The notes under the pieces were generated by a model. The model had not been told where the DNA came from. It saw only the letters and a program-made list of their open reading frames with translations, and ran no database searches. A DNA stretch of 64,000 bases, taken from sequence record MT446415.1; one strand, 5' to 3'. Shown here piece by piece: positions 37,220 through 46,827 of the stretch. Source of the DNA: Escherichia virus TH44. The position numbers were made by a program, and so were the translations under genes. Each line of letters starts with the position of its first letter. Position 1 is the first letter of the stretch.

Positions 37220-38104
37220 ATGAAAATTAAAACTCGCGCTGAATATGCTAGTAGTTATGGACCATATGACGGTCGTGTGACTCGTCTTATCGCAATGAAT
37301 TCTTTGGTTAACTTTGGCAAAATCAAATCAGGTTCTGCTACCCAGGGGTATGGTCAACGTATTGTAAGAATTAACTCTCTGAATGATTACTGCCGTCGCC
37401 CGGCGTTTTTGTTTGGTGCCACGGTTCGTAAGAGTATCAAGGAAATCCTGGCTGCTGGATTTCGTATTCGCAAAGCTCCGGTTAACATCAAGAACTATAA
37501 TTTTAACTCTGACAACTTGATTATCAATATCAATTATGATGGTGTACAGATTAAGTTCAAACCAACCACTAAGGGTGATGTTGCTCTTTGTGATACCTTT
37601 AAAGAGGTTATGGGTATTGCTCTGTTTTATATGCGTCATGCCGTTGAAGCATACACGTTTGAAGAAGATACAAATTATATCCATCAAACAGAAAAATTCC
37701 TTAAAACCGTAACTATCGATATTAAACTGACAAAGGAATATCTTTTGTCTTATGCACCTTATCAAGAGAAAAAGGAACCAGAAATGGCGGAACGTATCCC
37801 TACTGCGACATATAACCCATCAGTTACAGGTCAGTTTAAATCTTACGACCAGGCTAAAATTTCACCGCTGGACGTTAAAAATATGTATCAATGGAAAATC
37901 CAGCCAAACAGCTCTCTTGAAATCTTTAACCCACCAATGAAGCCTATTGAGAGCTATCATGCTGATGCTATCCAGGAATCAGTCAACCGCTTAAATGGTC
38001 TGATTGAAGATGAGAAAAAGGGTATCCAGGATGTTCTGAATCGCATCAAGAACATGGAAAAACAACGCAATAAATTGCAAGCTGCAATCAAAGCATTAAA
38101 ATAA
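37220..38104 (+). CDS. hypothetical protein
   Basis: Start at ATG 2 nt after previous stop (alternatives 37184, 37196). Confidence 0.55.
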   Translation: MKIKTRAEYASSYGPYDGRVTRLIAMNSLVNFGKIKSGSATQGYGQRIVRINSLNDYCRRPAFLFGATVRKSIKEILAAGFRIRKAPVNIKNYNFNSDNLIININYDGVQIKFKPTTKGDVALCDTFKEVMGIALFYMRHAVEAYTFEEDTNYIHQTEKFLKTVTIDIKLTKEYLLSYAPYQEKKEPEMAERIPTATYNPSVTGQFKSYDQAKISPLDVKNMYQWKIQPNSSLEIFNPPMKPIESYHADAIQESVNRLNGLIEDEKKGIQDVLNRIKNMEKQRNKLQAAIKALK

Positions 38105-38162
38105 TGTTTACTTCCAAGGATGGAGGGAGTATAATGAATTCCTACTTTATGAGGAGAACACT

Positions 38163-39152
38163 ATGACACGTAACGAATATATCCAGGCCTTTAACTCAAC
38201 TATCGACACAAAAGTAAAACCATTAATAGGTGAATCGGCTATCCTTTTAATTATCAATTACTGGTTAAATCAGATTGACTCGACGATTGTTGCATCTGGT
38301 CGCTTCAAGAAAGACATTGCAACTATTGCGAGTCGTGCTGGTAACGATGATATCAAGAAAACTTTTAAAAGTTCCCGAGTCCTGGCATACCTGGTTAATA
38401 AAGACCTTCTTAATAAGTTTGGTGTTGAATCCAGACGTGGTAAAGGTACAATTGGATATCATTGGTTTGGTGATGTTGAAAAATACTACCTTGATAAACA
38501 AGGCTATACTGTTTCTGAATTCGCACATTGCTGGGCTCGTGAATTCAGAGATAACAAAATGTCTATCATAAAATCAGCGACAAAATTGATGGATGGCGAT
38601 TATCGCACTATCTGTCATTTGGCAGAGCACATGGTCAAGGTTAAAGAGTCTGGTAAAAACCAGGTAATTATTACAGTTAATCATGAGTTCTTTACTCCAG
38701 TGGCTACTCCAGAAAATGTCAAAAAGTATTTTGATGCTGCGAGCACGCTTACTTCACAGATGCAGTGTGCCCTTAACTATATGCGCACTGTTGAAAAAAT
38801 TAAAGTAGACCCTATCACCAGTACTCGTGGTTGGAAAGGTTGGAAAATTGTGGTGACATTGCGTGAAGTTAAATGCGCAAAACAACCAACTGATGCAGAA
38901 ATTTATAAAAAGAAAAGTGAGGAAATTATGAATGCACCGCAAGAAACCACCCTTGAAGACCTGATTGATAATCTGAACAATGAGCCAGTGAAACAAAAAG
39001 CGCCTGAAATTATTGCTCTGGAAATGGCGTATAATAAAGCTCTTGCTGTTAATAAAAAGGCAACTGAAGATTATACAAAAGCCAAGCGACTTTGGGAAGA
39101 ATCAACTAATCGTCTGGATAAACTGGAACAGGCTCTGGAGCTGCTGAAATGA
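38163..39152 (+). CDS. hypothetical protein
   Basis: 329 aa. Confidence 0.6.
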   Translation: MTRNEYIQAFNSTIDTKVKPLIGESAILLIINYWLNQIDSTIVASGRFKKDIATIASRAGNDDIKKTFKSSRVLAYLVNKDLLNKFGVESRRGKGTIGYHWFGDVEKYYLDKQGYTVSEFAHCWAREFRDNKMSIIKSATKLMDGDYRTICHLAEHMVKVKESGKNQVIITVNHEFFTPVATPENVKKYFDAASTLTSQMQCALNYMRTVEKIKVDPITSTRGWKGWKIVVTLREVKCAKQPTDAEIYKKKSEEIMNAPQETTLEDLIDNLNNEPVKQKAPEIIALEMAYNKALAVNKKATEDYTKAKRLWEESTNRLDKLEQALELLK

Positions 39153-39463
39153 AACAACGTTTAGCTGAAGATATTGCTTCATCATCTAATACCGGTTTAT
39201 TGGAATTTATTAAAGCCGAGGATGTTGAAGCTGAATTGGTTGGTAAGATTCATGGCTGTGATGATTATAGCCAAGATATTCCCGATTGGAATGCTATTAT
39301 TAAAATTGTCGAACGTCGTGAAAAAGCTTCTAAGAACGTTCCGAACTGTCCTATGTGTGGAACTGAACAGGTCCAGTTGGTTCAATGGCGGCATAATCCG
39401 CTTCAGTATAAATGTCGCATGTGTAAACACAAATTTGAGCGAGACGAAAATGGCAAAGCGTAA
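39149..39463 (+). CDS. zinc-ribbon small protein
   Basis: CPMCG...CRMCKHKF. Confidence 0.55.
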   Translation: MKQRLAEDIASSSNTGLLEFIKAEDVEAELVGKIHGCDDYSQDIPDWNAIIKIVERREKASKNVPNCPMCGTEQVQLVQWRHNPLQYKCRMCKHKFERDENGKA

Positions 39464-39695
39464 AGAATATGTTGAGACCGCCGAAAGGGTGGTCCGCGAA
39501 CTTGCTCTGGCTTATTATAAAGAACATGGTAAATTCCCGGATAGTTATTCGGTATTGAAATCTGCTTTAACTCGTTCGTATAATAATATCCTTACTGAAG
39601 TGCATGATATCAGAAATGCACACCTTAAAGAAACTGGAACAGAGCTTGACCGCTCTGAAGTATTCAAACAAGTATTAGGAATTCAAGATGTTTAA
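39450..39695 (+). CDS. hypothetical protein
   Basis: Internal ATG of track ORF 39174. Confidence 0.5.
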   Translation: MAKRKEYVETAERVVRELALAYYKEHGKFPDSYSVLKSALTRSYNNILTEVHDIRNAHLKETGTELDRSEVFKQVLGIQDV

Positions 39696-39951
39696 AATTT
39701 ATGGTTACGATTCAAACATTCATCGTTGCGTTTTCTGCGATAATGCAAAACGTTTACTTGACGTTAAAAAACAACCTTATGAGTTCATCAATGTTATGCC
39801 GGAAAAAGGTGTGTTTGATGATGAGAAGATTGCTCAACTCCTGTCTGCACTTGGTCGTGAATCTCAAATTGGTTTGACCATGCCACAGGTATTTGCCCCT
39901 GATGGAAGTCATATTGGCGGCTTTGACCAACTGCGAGCATATTTCAAATGA
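39688..39951 (+). CDS. nrdC: glutaredoxin/thioredoxin NrdC
   Basis: 87 aa; [24 protein letters not shown]...[24 protein letters not shown], near-identical to T4 NrdC. Confidence 0.95.
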   Translation: MFKIYGYDSNIHRCVFCDNAKRLLDVKKQPYEFINVMPEKGVFDDEKIAQLLSALGRESQIGLTMPQVFAPDGSHIGGFDQLRAYFK

Positions 39952-40115
39952 TTGAATTAATGTTGGGTGTTTTGTATCTTATCATCGGTATTGGTTATGC
40001 TAAGACCCTAGCTAAATTAGATGATTTCGGTGCAGGTGACTTTTGCTGGTGGCTGACGTCTATGATTTGTTGGCCTTTATTTCTGGTTGGTGCTTCATTC
40101 TGGAACTTTAAATGA
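39948..40115 (+). CDS. small membrane protein (55 aa)
   Basis: Below track cutoff; ATGA overlap with nrdC stop; hydrophobic. Confidence 0.4.
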   Translation: MIELMLGVLYLIIGIGYAKTLAKLDDFGAGDFCWWLTSMICWPLFLVGASFWNFK

Positions 40116-40300
40116 CCGAATTTGATATGGCCTATGAAACCTGCGCAAGAGAGTTTGCAAGAGAGTTTGATACTCCTGCGCCTAGTAAAGAAACCGTATT
40201 GGCAAATCTCCCGGATTGGTTAAAAGAAGAAGCCAACAAATGGGGTTGGACTGATACTTGTGTACGTGACCAGCTATTTGAATTTATGGTGGAATTATGA
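40112..40300 (+). CDS. hypothetical protein
   Basis: 62 aa. Confidence 0.5.
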   Translation: MTEFDMAYETCAREFAREFDTPAPSKETVLANLPDWLKEEANKWGWTDTCVRDQLFEFMVEL

Positions 40301-40605
40301 GTGAATTAGACGGACAAACAATTTATCTGGGTGACGGTAAAGAAGACGACCTGGAATATAAACTCTATGAATACATGGTAGCCCTGGCGAAAGAAGAAGG
40401 TATCGATTTTGCTGTGGCTAACCCGTATGGTGAGAACACTGTTGTAATTGGTGGCACTGCTTATGAAGTCCAATGGCAATATGTTGGACTTGAATCTGAA
40501 ATATACGAAGAAGATAAGCATGGCGATTGGCATCCGGTTGGTCCTTGGTACTGGGACGACGGCGAGCCTGATTTTGAAGTAAGCAGTTATTGGTGTGACC
40601 GTTAA
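40297..40605 (+). CDS. acidic hypothetical protein
   Basis: 102 aa. Confidence 0.55.
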   Translation: MSELDGQTIYLGDGKEDDLEYKLYEYMVALAKEEGIDFAVANPYGENTVVIGGTAYEVQWQYVGLESEIYEEDKHGDWHPVGPWYWDDGEPDFEVSSYWCDR

Positions 40606-40721
40606 GCCATGGTATACCGCTCGATGGGAAACTGTCGAGCCAGAGGAACCTGTTTACAACGATTCCGAAATAGATTATAATGAACCTTCAAACAATGATT
40701 TAATCGATATGAGGTTTGGAT

Positions 40722-40895
40722 ATGAGTACCAAAATTGAAGTTGGCCGTCACAAAGGCCGTCTGATTGAACATTCACTTTACGAATTGTCGGATTCTCGTA
40801 AGTTACCCGATGAAGAATCTGCTTTAATTTTTGCTGCAGCTGACTACATTCATTGGCTTGAAGCACAACTCCGCTTTTCTGATGAGGCCTTTTAA
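40722..40895 (+). CDS. small hypothetical protein (57 aa)
   Basis: Below track cutoff; ATG after gagg; stop overlaps next start. Confidence 0.4.
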   Translation: MSTKIEVGRHKGRLIEHSLYELSDSRKLPDEESALIFAAADYIHWLEAQLRFSDEAF

Positions 40896-41167
40896 TGTTT
40901 TTAGAAATTGTTAATATTCATGCTGCTGCTCAATCAGGTTTTATGAAAGAGCTTCAAGACGCAGGATTTAAAAATGGCGATGTTATCCAGGCATTAAGAC
41001 AACGTTTTGACCCTGATGTTGAATGTAATGTTTGGGACGTTGTTGAAACAGATGAATACCTTTTTGATACCATAGAAATTGAAGGGTCATGGGCCTGTAT
41101 CACTGAGTATATGATAATTGATAATGGTAACGTTGAATGTCATTATCCTTGTTTTAGGATTGTTTAA
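40895..41167 (+). CDS. hypothetical protein
   Basis: 90 aa. Confidence 0.55.
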   Translation: MFLEIVNIHAAAQSGFMKELQDAGFKNGDVIQALRQRFDPDVECNVWDVVETDEYLFDTIEIEGSWACITEYMIIDNGNVECHYPCFRIV

Positions 41168-41343
41168 TGAAAACTGCATTAGTCTATACCGAAAAGTTAA
41201 ACGGTGACAAGGTCTGGAAACTTCTTATTAAAGGAAGTCCTACTGACCAGTTTATGGCCACCTGTGTGGGATTGTATACTCGTCCTACCAAAAAGATGAT
41301 TCGACAATTTAAACGGTTACATCGCTCGTTCTATGGGGTCTGA
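41167..41343 (+). CDS. small hypothetical protein (58 aa)
   Basis: Below track cutoff; start overlaps previous stop. Confidence 0.4.
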   Translation: MKTALVYTEKLNGDKVWKLLIKGSPTDQFMATCVGLYTRPTKKMIRQFKRLHRSFYGV

Positions 41344-41472
41344 TATGGATGCTCTTATTACGGTATTTTGGGCCGGAGTTGCTTTATTCGGATTGTTGTT
41401 AGTGCTAAGTTGCACTGCTAAACTATTAGGATATTAATAAATACCCTTATCTAATAATGGTAAGGGTTGATT

Positions 41473-41946
41473 ATGTTGTTGACTGGCAAATTATACAAAG
41501 AAGAAAAACAAAAACTTTATGATGCACAAGCTGGTAAGTGTCCAATTTGCCACCGTGATTTGGACTCCGATGTTCAGGCCAACCATCTTGACCATGACCA
41601 CGAATTGAACGGGCCAAAAGCTGGTAAGGTTCGCGGGTTACTATGCAATCTGTGCAATGGAACAGAAGGACAAATGAAGCATAAGTTCAGCCGTTCGGGT
41701 CTAAAAGGTCGCAATGTTGACTACCTGGAATGGTTAGAGAGTTTGCTTGTCTATCTGAAATCTGATTATACCGAAAATAATATTCACCCTAATTTTGTGG
41801 CAGACAAAGCCAAAGAGTTCGGTCGCCTAGGGAAAGAAGAAATGATTCAGGAAATGCTTTTGAACGGCATGACTTATAATGAATCTGATACGAAGCCTAA
41901 ACTACAAGCTTCATTTAAAAAACAACTGAGGAAATCACTTAAATGA
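41473..41946 (+). CDS. 49: endonuclease VII (Holliday junction resolvase)
   Basis: MLLTGKLYKEEKQKLYDAQAGKCPIC...HLDHDHELNGPKAGKVRGLLCNLCN...FKKQLRKSLK, near-identical to T4 gp49. Confidence 0.95.
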   Translation: MLLTGKLYKEEKQKLYDAQAGKCPICHRDLDSDVQANHLDHDHELNGPKAGKVRGLLCNLCNGTEGQMKHKFSRSGLKGRNVDYLEWLESLLVYLKSDYTENNIHPNFVADKAKEFGRLGKEEMIQEMLLNGMTYNESDTKPKLQASFKKQLRKSLK

Positions 41947-42031
41947 TTAATTTTTATGGAATTATTGTTTATTGTATTGGCGAAGCTATAAACAATTTAA
42001 TACGAGTGATGGGTGACGAGTATCCTTCTCA

Positions 42032-42283
42032 ATGGCTATTCCTCGTAACCAATACAGGACCTTTCTAATGAACAAATTTCGTAATGCTGTTTCTGATATC
42101 CTGGCCAATATTACATTTGTCCTGTTTATTGTATGCCTTTTAATCTTGGTCATCCCATTTGGATTGCTGTTTGTGATGATTGGCGCCCTGAGTACTGAAA
42201 AGGGCCTTGAAGGGTCTGAGTTCGACAAACGAATCCAGGCTGTCCATAGTGTTATTACTAAAATGATGAAGGTGAAAGAATGA
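42032..42283 (+). CDS. small membrane protein
   Basis: 83 aa with TM helix; start uncertain. Confidence 0.45.
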   Translation: MAIPRNQYRTFLMNKFRNAVSDILANITFVLFIVCLLILVIPFGLLFVMIGALSTEKGLEGSEFDKRIQAVHSVITKMMKVKE

Positions 42284-42579
42284 AACGTTTTGAAGAATAT
42301 GTAGCTACTAATTGGACCGCGTGGGACAAGTTCGGTGATGAATGGTACTTCCACGACTGTGACTTGGACCCGGAATTCTTTGTCGGTAAGGAAGAAGACC
42401 TTAAAGACATCTATGCATTGTCTGAGATTCATGGAATCAAACCGACGGTTTATTTCTCTTTCGACGATACCGGATTTCTTATTCAGATTTATGTTCCATA
42501 CAAAACCGTTGATGATGAAGAAGTTATTAAAACCTGGAACTACCAAGGAGTGATTTCCTGTGGGCCAAAACTCGACTAA
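42280..42579 (+). CDS. hypothetical protein
   Basis: 99 aa. Confidence 0.55.
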   Translation: MKRFEEYVATNWTAWDKFGDEWYFHDCDLDPEFFVGKEEDLKDIYALSEIHGIKPTVYFSFDDTGFLIQIYVPYKTVDDEEVIKTWNYQGVISCGPKLD

Positions 42580-42877
42580 GATTGAAATCTATGGTATCCC
42601 CGAAGAAGTCGGTCGATGCCCTGGTTGTATGCACGTCAGGAGCCTTCTGGGCTCCTTAAACCTTCCTTATACATTCTATTCAGTCCTTAACAAACAAGGC
42701 TCTGAAATCGCTTATGACAGGCCTTTAATCGTGTCTCTGGCTAAGCGTGCTGGATATCCTACCCTTAACATTCGTTACCCGGTGATTTTTGTCAATGATG
42801 AAAAAATGACCAATATTCCTGCCTTTAAAACAAAACTGATATCCCTGGGGTATGACCAGGACTTAATTGAAGATTAA
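42560..42877 (+). CDS. glutaredoxin-like protein (CPGC active-site motif)
   Basis: GTG start after aaggag; KIEIYGIPEEVGRCPGCMHV thioredoxin-fold signature. Confidence 0.55.
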   Translation: MGQNSTKIEIYGIPEEVGRCPGCMHVRSLLGSLNLPYTFYSVLNKQGSEIAYDRPLIVSLAKRAGYPTLNIRYPVIFVNDEKMTNIPAFKTKLISLGYDQDLIED

Positions 42878-42883
42878 AAAGGG

Positions 42884-42913
42884 GTGTACAAGCCCCTTTG
42901 AATGATGTATCAT
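42884..42913 (+). promoter_or_regulatory. early-promoter cassette (gtgtac-N18-tatcat) in hairpin ggggtgtacaagcccc
   Basis: Leader tatcccatcaactactgatgaggaaaacataATG. Confidence 0.5.
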
Positions 42914-42944
42914 TATCCCATCAACTACTGATGAGGAAAACATA

Positions 42945-43121
42945 ATGACTATCCAAGATAAAGAAATTAAAGTCAACCAGTATTATTCAATCAACGGCAA
43001 AGCTGTTCTAGTGACTGGAATATCTAGCCTGGATGTGTGGTATACCATAATTGACCTTAATATTAAAATGATTTGTGACCGTGGTGTATTTTGTTCGATA
43101 GCTAAGGAAATCAAATTATGA
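42945..43121 (+). CDS. small hypothetical protein (58 aa)
   Basis: Below track cutoff; ATG after cassette leader. Confidence 0.45.
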   Translation: MTIQDKEIKVNQYYSINGKAVLVTGISSLDVWYTIIDLNIKMICDRGVFCSIAKEIKL

Positions 43122-43372
43122 GCCTGAAATTACATTCAATGAAAAATGTCGCCACCCTTAATCTTGATGATGAACGTTTGATTTTTATCACCGTCACTGA
43201 TAAGAATATTGAAATTGCAAATGGTCCTAAGACTTATTGTTGCCCAGTGAAGAATTGGAAACATGTAACCTTTTTGACCCTGGGCGAACGTCTGAAAGAC
43301 CTTAAGTTGGATTTGGATGTCAAAGATATCCAGTACATTAAAAATCTTATTGGATACAAACTGCTGAGGTAA
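43118..43372 (+). CDS. hypothetical protein
   Basis: 84 aa. Confidence 0.55.
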   Translation: MSLKLHSMKNVATLNLDDERLIFITVTDKNIEIANGPKTYCCPVKNWKHVTFLTLGERLKDLKLDLDVKDIQYIKNLIGYKLLR

Positions 43373-43400
43373 CTATGGGTAAACTATTCGTCGCAAAGAA

Positions 43401-43667
43401 TTGTCTGTAAAAGATTTTTATTATTCAGGGCGTCGTCAGGCACCTGATGGTGTAAGTCAGGAACAAGTTGAAGAAAATATCTTCCGTTCAGACAAATGGA
43501 AGCGTATGCGTGGCGTTGATTCAGAAGTCAAGAATGAGATGAATCGTCAACTGCGTAAAGAAGTTCGTCAGTTGAAAAAAGATGTATACGTTGAGGATGA
43601 TTTGGATTATAATACTTCTCATCGTGTTGCAAAACGTAAATCAAACGAGTGTTATCGTTACAGCTGA
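43401..43667 (+). CDS. hypothetical basic protein (uncertain start)
   Basis: Track ORF begins at TTG; no in-frame ATG near the 5' end. Confidence 0.3.
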   Translation: MSVKDFYYSGRRQAPDGVSQEQVEENIFRSDKWKRMRGVDSEVKNEMNRQLRKEVRQLKKDVYVEDDLDYNTSHRVAKRKSNECYRYS

Positions 43668-43674
43668 GGAAAAT

Positions 43675-43872
43675 ATGAATCCTGAATCTAAATTATCACA
43701 GCGAATTGCTGAATCTCGTCGTCAGTTCTTTGAAAATATGATAGCTCAAGGTATTGATGATGAAGTTTTTCTGAACTGGTTTTGGAATCTCTATTATTCA
43801 AAATGTGCAGGAGCAATATTAATTTCCGCCGCAATGATGTATGAAGGTTGGAAAGGCGCTAAAGCGCAGTAA
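43675..43872 (+). CDS. small hypothetical protein
   Basis: ATG after gaggaaaat; track ORF 43582. Confidence 0.5.
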   Translation: MNPESKLSQRIAESRRQFFENMIAQGIDDEVFLNWFWNLYYSKCAGAILISAAMMYEGWKGAKAQ

Positions 43873-43944
43873 AAACCAACGGGGTCATGGTATAATGACC
43901 CCAGGATAATAAAATTTTAATTGAATGAGACTGAGGAATATATC

Positions 43945-44271
43945 ATGACTGCATCTATCACTAACACCATCGCTAATTTCGCATTTGCTAAAGTTAACAC
44001 TCTGATGAAATCTGGTTTCGTTACCCCTGAGATTCTGGACCAGTGGGAAGGCGATGTACAGAAGTTGATTATTGCAGAAGGTCAGACAATGGGTAAAGCT
44101 CGCATTCGTGAAAGCCTTGTCCAGTATATCCTGAATGAATTTGATGTAGTAGCGTTTGGTCTGCCGCTTCCACGTGAAAACAAAGAAGTTTCTGACAAAG
44201 CCATCAAGCGTATGAACTCCCAGCGTAAGAAAGGTTTTGTTGACCTGAAAATTATTAAGGGTGCGAAATGA
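43945..44271 (+). CDS. hypothetical protein
   Basis: ATG after gagga; track ORF 43921. Confidence 0.55.
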   Translation: MTASITNTIANFAFAKVNTLMKSGFVTPEILDQWEGDVQKLIIAEGQTMGKARIRESLVQYILNEFDVVAFGLPLPRENKEVSDKAIKRMNSQRKKGFVDLKIIKGAK

Positions 44272-44516
44272 ATAATTTACCAGAAGGTGTATCAGCCATA
44301 ATCGTCCTTAAAGCTTTGTCTAGCTTCCAACGTACATCTATGATGGTTAATAGTGAAACTATTATAAAAGAGGCTAAGATGCTAAGTGGAAGTCATCGTG
44401 ATTTCAGGATACTTCCTATAAGCTCTAAGACCACTTATATGCAAATGCCTGACCCTAAAATAGCCTGGGACGAAGGCATGACATTAGACGAATTCCTGGA
44501 CTACTTAAATGATTAA
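44268..44516 (+). CDS. hypothetical protein
   Basis: 82 aa. Confidence 0.55.
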   Translation: MNNLPEGVSAIIVLKALSSFQRTSMMVNSETIIKEAKMLSGSHRDFRILPISSKTTYMQMPDPKIAWDEGMTLDEFLDYLND

Positions 44517-44775
44517 AATAAAACTCTCTAATTACGATAAAAACCTGGAAATGATTACTATGAAAGAAGAACTCCTGAATGATGTCCGCTTTACGGGTTA
44601 TGCAGTTCAATTTAATAATGCTGGCGTTCTCCAGATTGAAGGTGACCACTTTATTATTGAATACGAATTCCACCAGTATTGGTTGTATGCTAAAGATGAA
44701 GTTGGTGGGATTGATTATATTGACCAGTTTGATAAGCTTGATGATGTTTTAGAAGCTGCTCAATTGGTGTACTGA
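44509..44775 (+). CDS. hypothetical protein
   Basis: 88 aa; start ambiguous (44509, 44551, 44560). Confidence 0.45.
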   Translation: MIKIKLSNYDKNLEMITMKEELLNDVRFTGYAVQFNNAGVLQIEGDHFIIEYEFHQYWLYAKDEVGGIDYIDQFDKLDDVLEAAQLVY

Positions 44776-45041
44776 TGCACATCAATCATACAATGATATC
44801 CATCCAGGACCTGGGAACGTTTTGGGTGGATGAATTCATGAAAATAACATTCTTCCCACACGTAGAAGGGTATGGCTCTTGGGAGTCTCATATCGGCATG
44901 TTGAATGAAGGACAATACCGCAACGAGCATGACCGTCTGATGGAATTCATTAGTGATGCCGAGGTTATCCCTTATATTGACATCCATGAATTTAAGGCAA
45001 TTATGGAGAAGGTCTTCCAGGCTTACTGTTTACTTCGCTAA
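44775..45041 (+). CDS. hypothetical protein
   Basis: 88 aa. Confidence 0.55.
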   Translation: MHINHTMISIQDLGTFWVDEFMKITFFPHVEGYGSWESHIGMLNEGQYRNEHDRLMEFISDAEVIPYIDIHEFKAIMEKVFQAYCLLR

Positions 45042-45089
45042 TGCTTTGTATCAAGGATGATATAATATTCATATACTAAGTGAGGCGAT

Positions 45090-45647
45090 ATGAACGAAAT
45101 TAAATTAACCAAGAATAACTATGTAAATAATAAAGAGCTTTTGAAAGCTATTTCGGAGTGGAAACAGAAGCTGAATGCGAACACTGACCCGAACAAAATT
45201 ATTCGCCAGAACGATGTTATTGGTCTGGCGATTATGCTTATAGCCGAAGGTCTTAGCAAACGTTTTAACTTCTCCGGATATACCCAATCCTGGAAGCAAG
45301 AAATGATAGCGGACGGAATTGAGGCCGCAATAAAAGGTCTTCACAACTTCGACGAAACAAAATACGATAATCCACATGCTTACATAACAATGGCTTGCTT
45401 CAATGCTTTCGTTCAGCGTATCAAAAAAGAACGTAAAGAAATGGCAAAGAAATATAGCTACTTCGTCCATAACGTATATGATTCACGTGACGACGATATG
45501 GTGGCTCTGGCTGATGAAACATTTATCCAGGACATCTATGACAAAATGACACAGTACGAATCCTCCTTAGTTAAAGTGCCAGGGTCTGATAAGAGCACCA
45601 AAGATAAAGAGGGTGATTTGGATTTTTTATATGGAACATCAATTTGA
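45090..45647 (+). CDS. 55: late-transcription sigma factor gp55
   Basis: 185 aa; [12 protein letters not shown]...[41 protein letters not shown]..., near-identical to T4 gp55. Confidence 0.96.
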   Translation: MNEIKLTKNNYVNNKELLKAISEWKQKLNANTDPNKIIRQNDVIGLAIMLIAEGLSKRFNFSGYTQSWKQEMIADGIEAAIKGLHNFDETKYDNPHAYITMACFNAFVQRIKKERKEMAKKYSYFVHNVYDSRDDDMVALADETFIQDIYDKMTQYESSLVKVPGSDKSTKDKEGDLDFLYGTSI

Positions 45648-45864
45648 TATTACCGATTTTTTAGATAAAATCGAGGAAGACTTTACGGCTCTCCCATATT
45701 TCATTAAACTTTATCTGCGAGACATAAAAGGTCTTCCAATTGATATCGACCCTTTAAACGTCCGGAATCTGGAATTTACTTCACCGGATAATAACGTTGA
45801 TTATCGTTATCATGTGGATAATGCTAATCTATATTTTACAATTGAGTTAACTCCCAAGGATTAA
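45631..45864 (+). CDS. hypothetical protein
   Basis: Internal ATG of track ORF 45613; overlaps gene 55 end. Confidence 0.45.
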   Translation: MEHQFDITDFLDKIEEDFTALPYFIKLYLRDIKGLPIDIDPLNVRNLEFTSPDNNVDYRYHVDNANLYFTIELTPKD

Positions 45865-45865
45865 T

Positions 45866-46177
45866 ATGCAAGCTCCAGATATTTCTCAACTGACCGATAA
45901 GCAGATTGAAGAAGCACAGGAACGTCTCGAAGAAGCGAACGCACTCGAAGCAACCAGTCAAGCAGCGAAGATTCTGAAAAAGAATGCTCGCGAAATTGCA
46001 CGACTGAATAAGCATGCTCAAGGGGCAGTGCTGGAAAACAATTTTGAAGCATACAAATACGCTTTAGTTAAACTGCGTGGGATTTACCGCCAACCCGTTA
46101 CGGAAGACCTGATTAAGTTGATGTGGGATTCTACTCGCAAACAAATTTGGGAAATCGTAAATGGCATTAGTAAATAA
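45866..46177 (+). CDS. hypothetical coiled-coil protein
   Basis: 103 aa. Confidence 0.55.
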   Translation: MQAPDISQLTDKQIEEAQERLEEANALEATSQAAKILKKNAREIARLNKHAQGAVLENNFEAYKYALVKLRGIYRQPVTEDLIKLMWDSTRKQIWEIVNGISK

Positions 46178-46361
46178 ACCCTTTAAACGGCTTCTTATTG
46201 GAGCCGCTTTCAGACTTCGCTCATATGGTAATATCTGTATCAAGCAGACCGAAACCGAATACAAAATGATGGGCCAATATTCTGATGGTATTTTTAAGAT
46301 TGAGCCTGTAGCCAAGGTTTGGGTCGATTCTCATCAACTTAAGAAATGGTGGCAACGATGA
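46161..46361 (+). CDS. small basic protein
   Basis: 66 aa ORF. Confidence 0.45.
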   Translation: MALVNKPFKRLLIGAAFRLRSYGNICIKQTETEYKMMGQYSDGIFKIEPVAKVWVDSHQLKKWWQR

Positions 46362-46379
46362 TAACATGGACAGGTGGCT

Positions 46380-46480
46380 AATGAAAGACGAACATCCTGA
46401 TTTTTAAAAGCTTATGAATGACGAATATGAAAAAGTTTAAGAGGCTGTATGAATGACGAATTCGACGGATTTTGATAAGA
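46380..46480 (+). repeat. three tandem ~34-bp units, each starting tATGAA(A/T)GACGAA and encoding an 8-codon mini-ORF
   Basis: Mini-ORFs MKDEHPDF (46381), MNDEYEKV (46414), MNDEFDGF (46449). Confidence 0.6.
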
Positions 46481-46626
46481 TTAAATCTGACAAAAATGAG
46501 ATGATACTTCAATTTGAAGCCGCTCGCATTAAAGCAGAAAATGAAGGTACTATTACCTATAAGCCTATCAAGTTCAGGTCTTCTCATGAACCTCTGTACG
46601 GTGTATTAATTGGAAAGGAAGCCTAG
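46453..46626 (+). CDS. small hypothetical protein (57 aa)
   Basis: Below track cutoff; ATG nested in third repeat unit, 8 nt after aagagg; stop inside terminator loop. Confidence 0.4.
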   Translation: MTNSTDFDKIKSDKNEMILQFEAARIKAENEGTITYKPIKFRSSHEPLYGVLIGKEA

Positions 46627-46639
46627 CGCTTCCTTTTTT
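46616..46639 (+). terminator. rho-independent terminator
   Basis: aggaagc-ctagc-gcttcct followed by TTTTT. Confidence 0.7.
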
Positions 46640-46683
46640 GCTTTATATTCGAGATGATAAAATGAACCAACTGAGGAGAACAT

Positions 46684-46827
46684 ATGGAATTATTTTTAGG
46701 ATATGTCGTGTTATTCATGGCATTCTACACATTCACACGAGCTTGTTGGATAGGATTCTTTTCCACTCCTGACGGGTTCATTTCAATAATTTTATTTTGC
46801 ACTGCGATAACGGCGCTTGGCTTATGA
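46684..46827 (+). CDS. small membrane protein (47 aa)
   Basis: ATG after ctgaggagaacat; hydrophobic; stop overlaps gene 47 start. Confidence 0.45.
   Translation: MELFLGYVVLFMAFYTFTRACWIGFFSTPDGFISIILFCTAITALGL

Noticed and set aside
41986-42546. 186-aa minus-strand ORF downstream of gene 49; similar minus-strand ORFs at 21403-21972 and 63580-63993
   Set aside because: The region is uniformly plus-strand with chained overlapping start/stop codons and protein-like plus-strand translations; the minus translations look like junk
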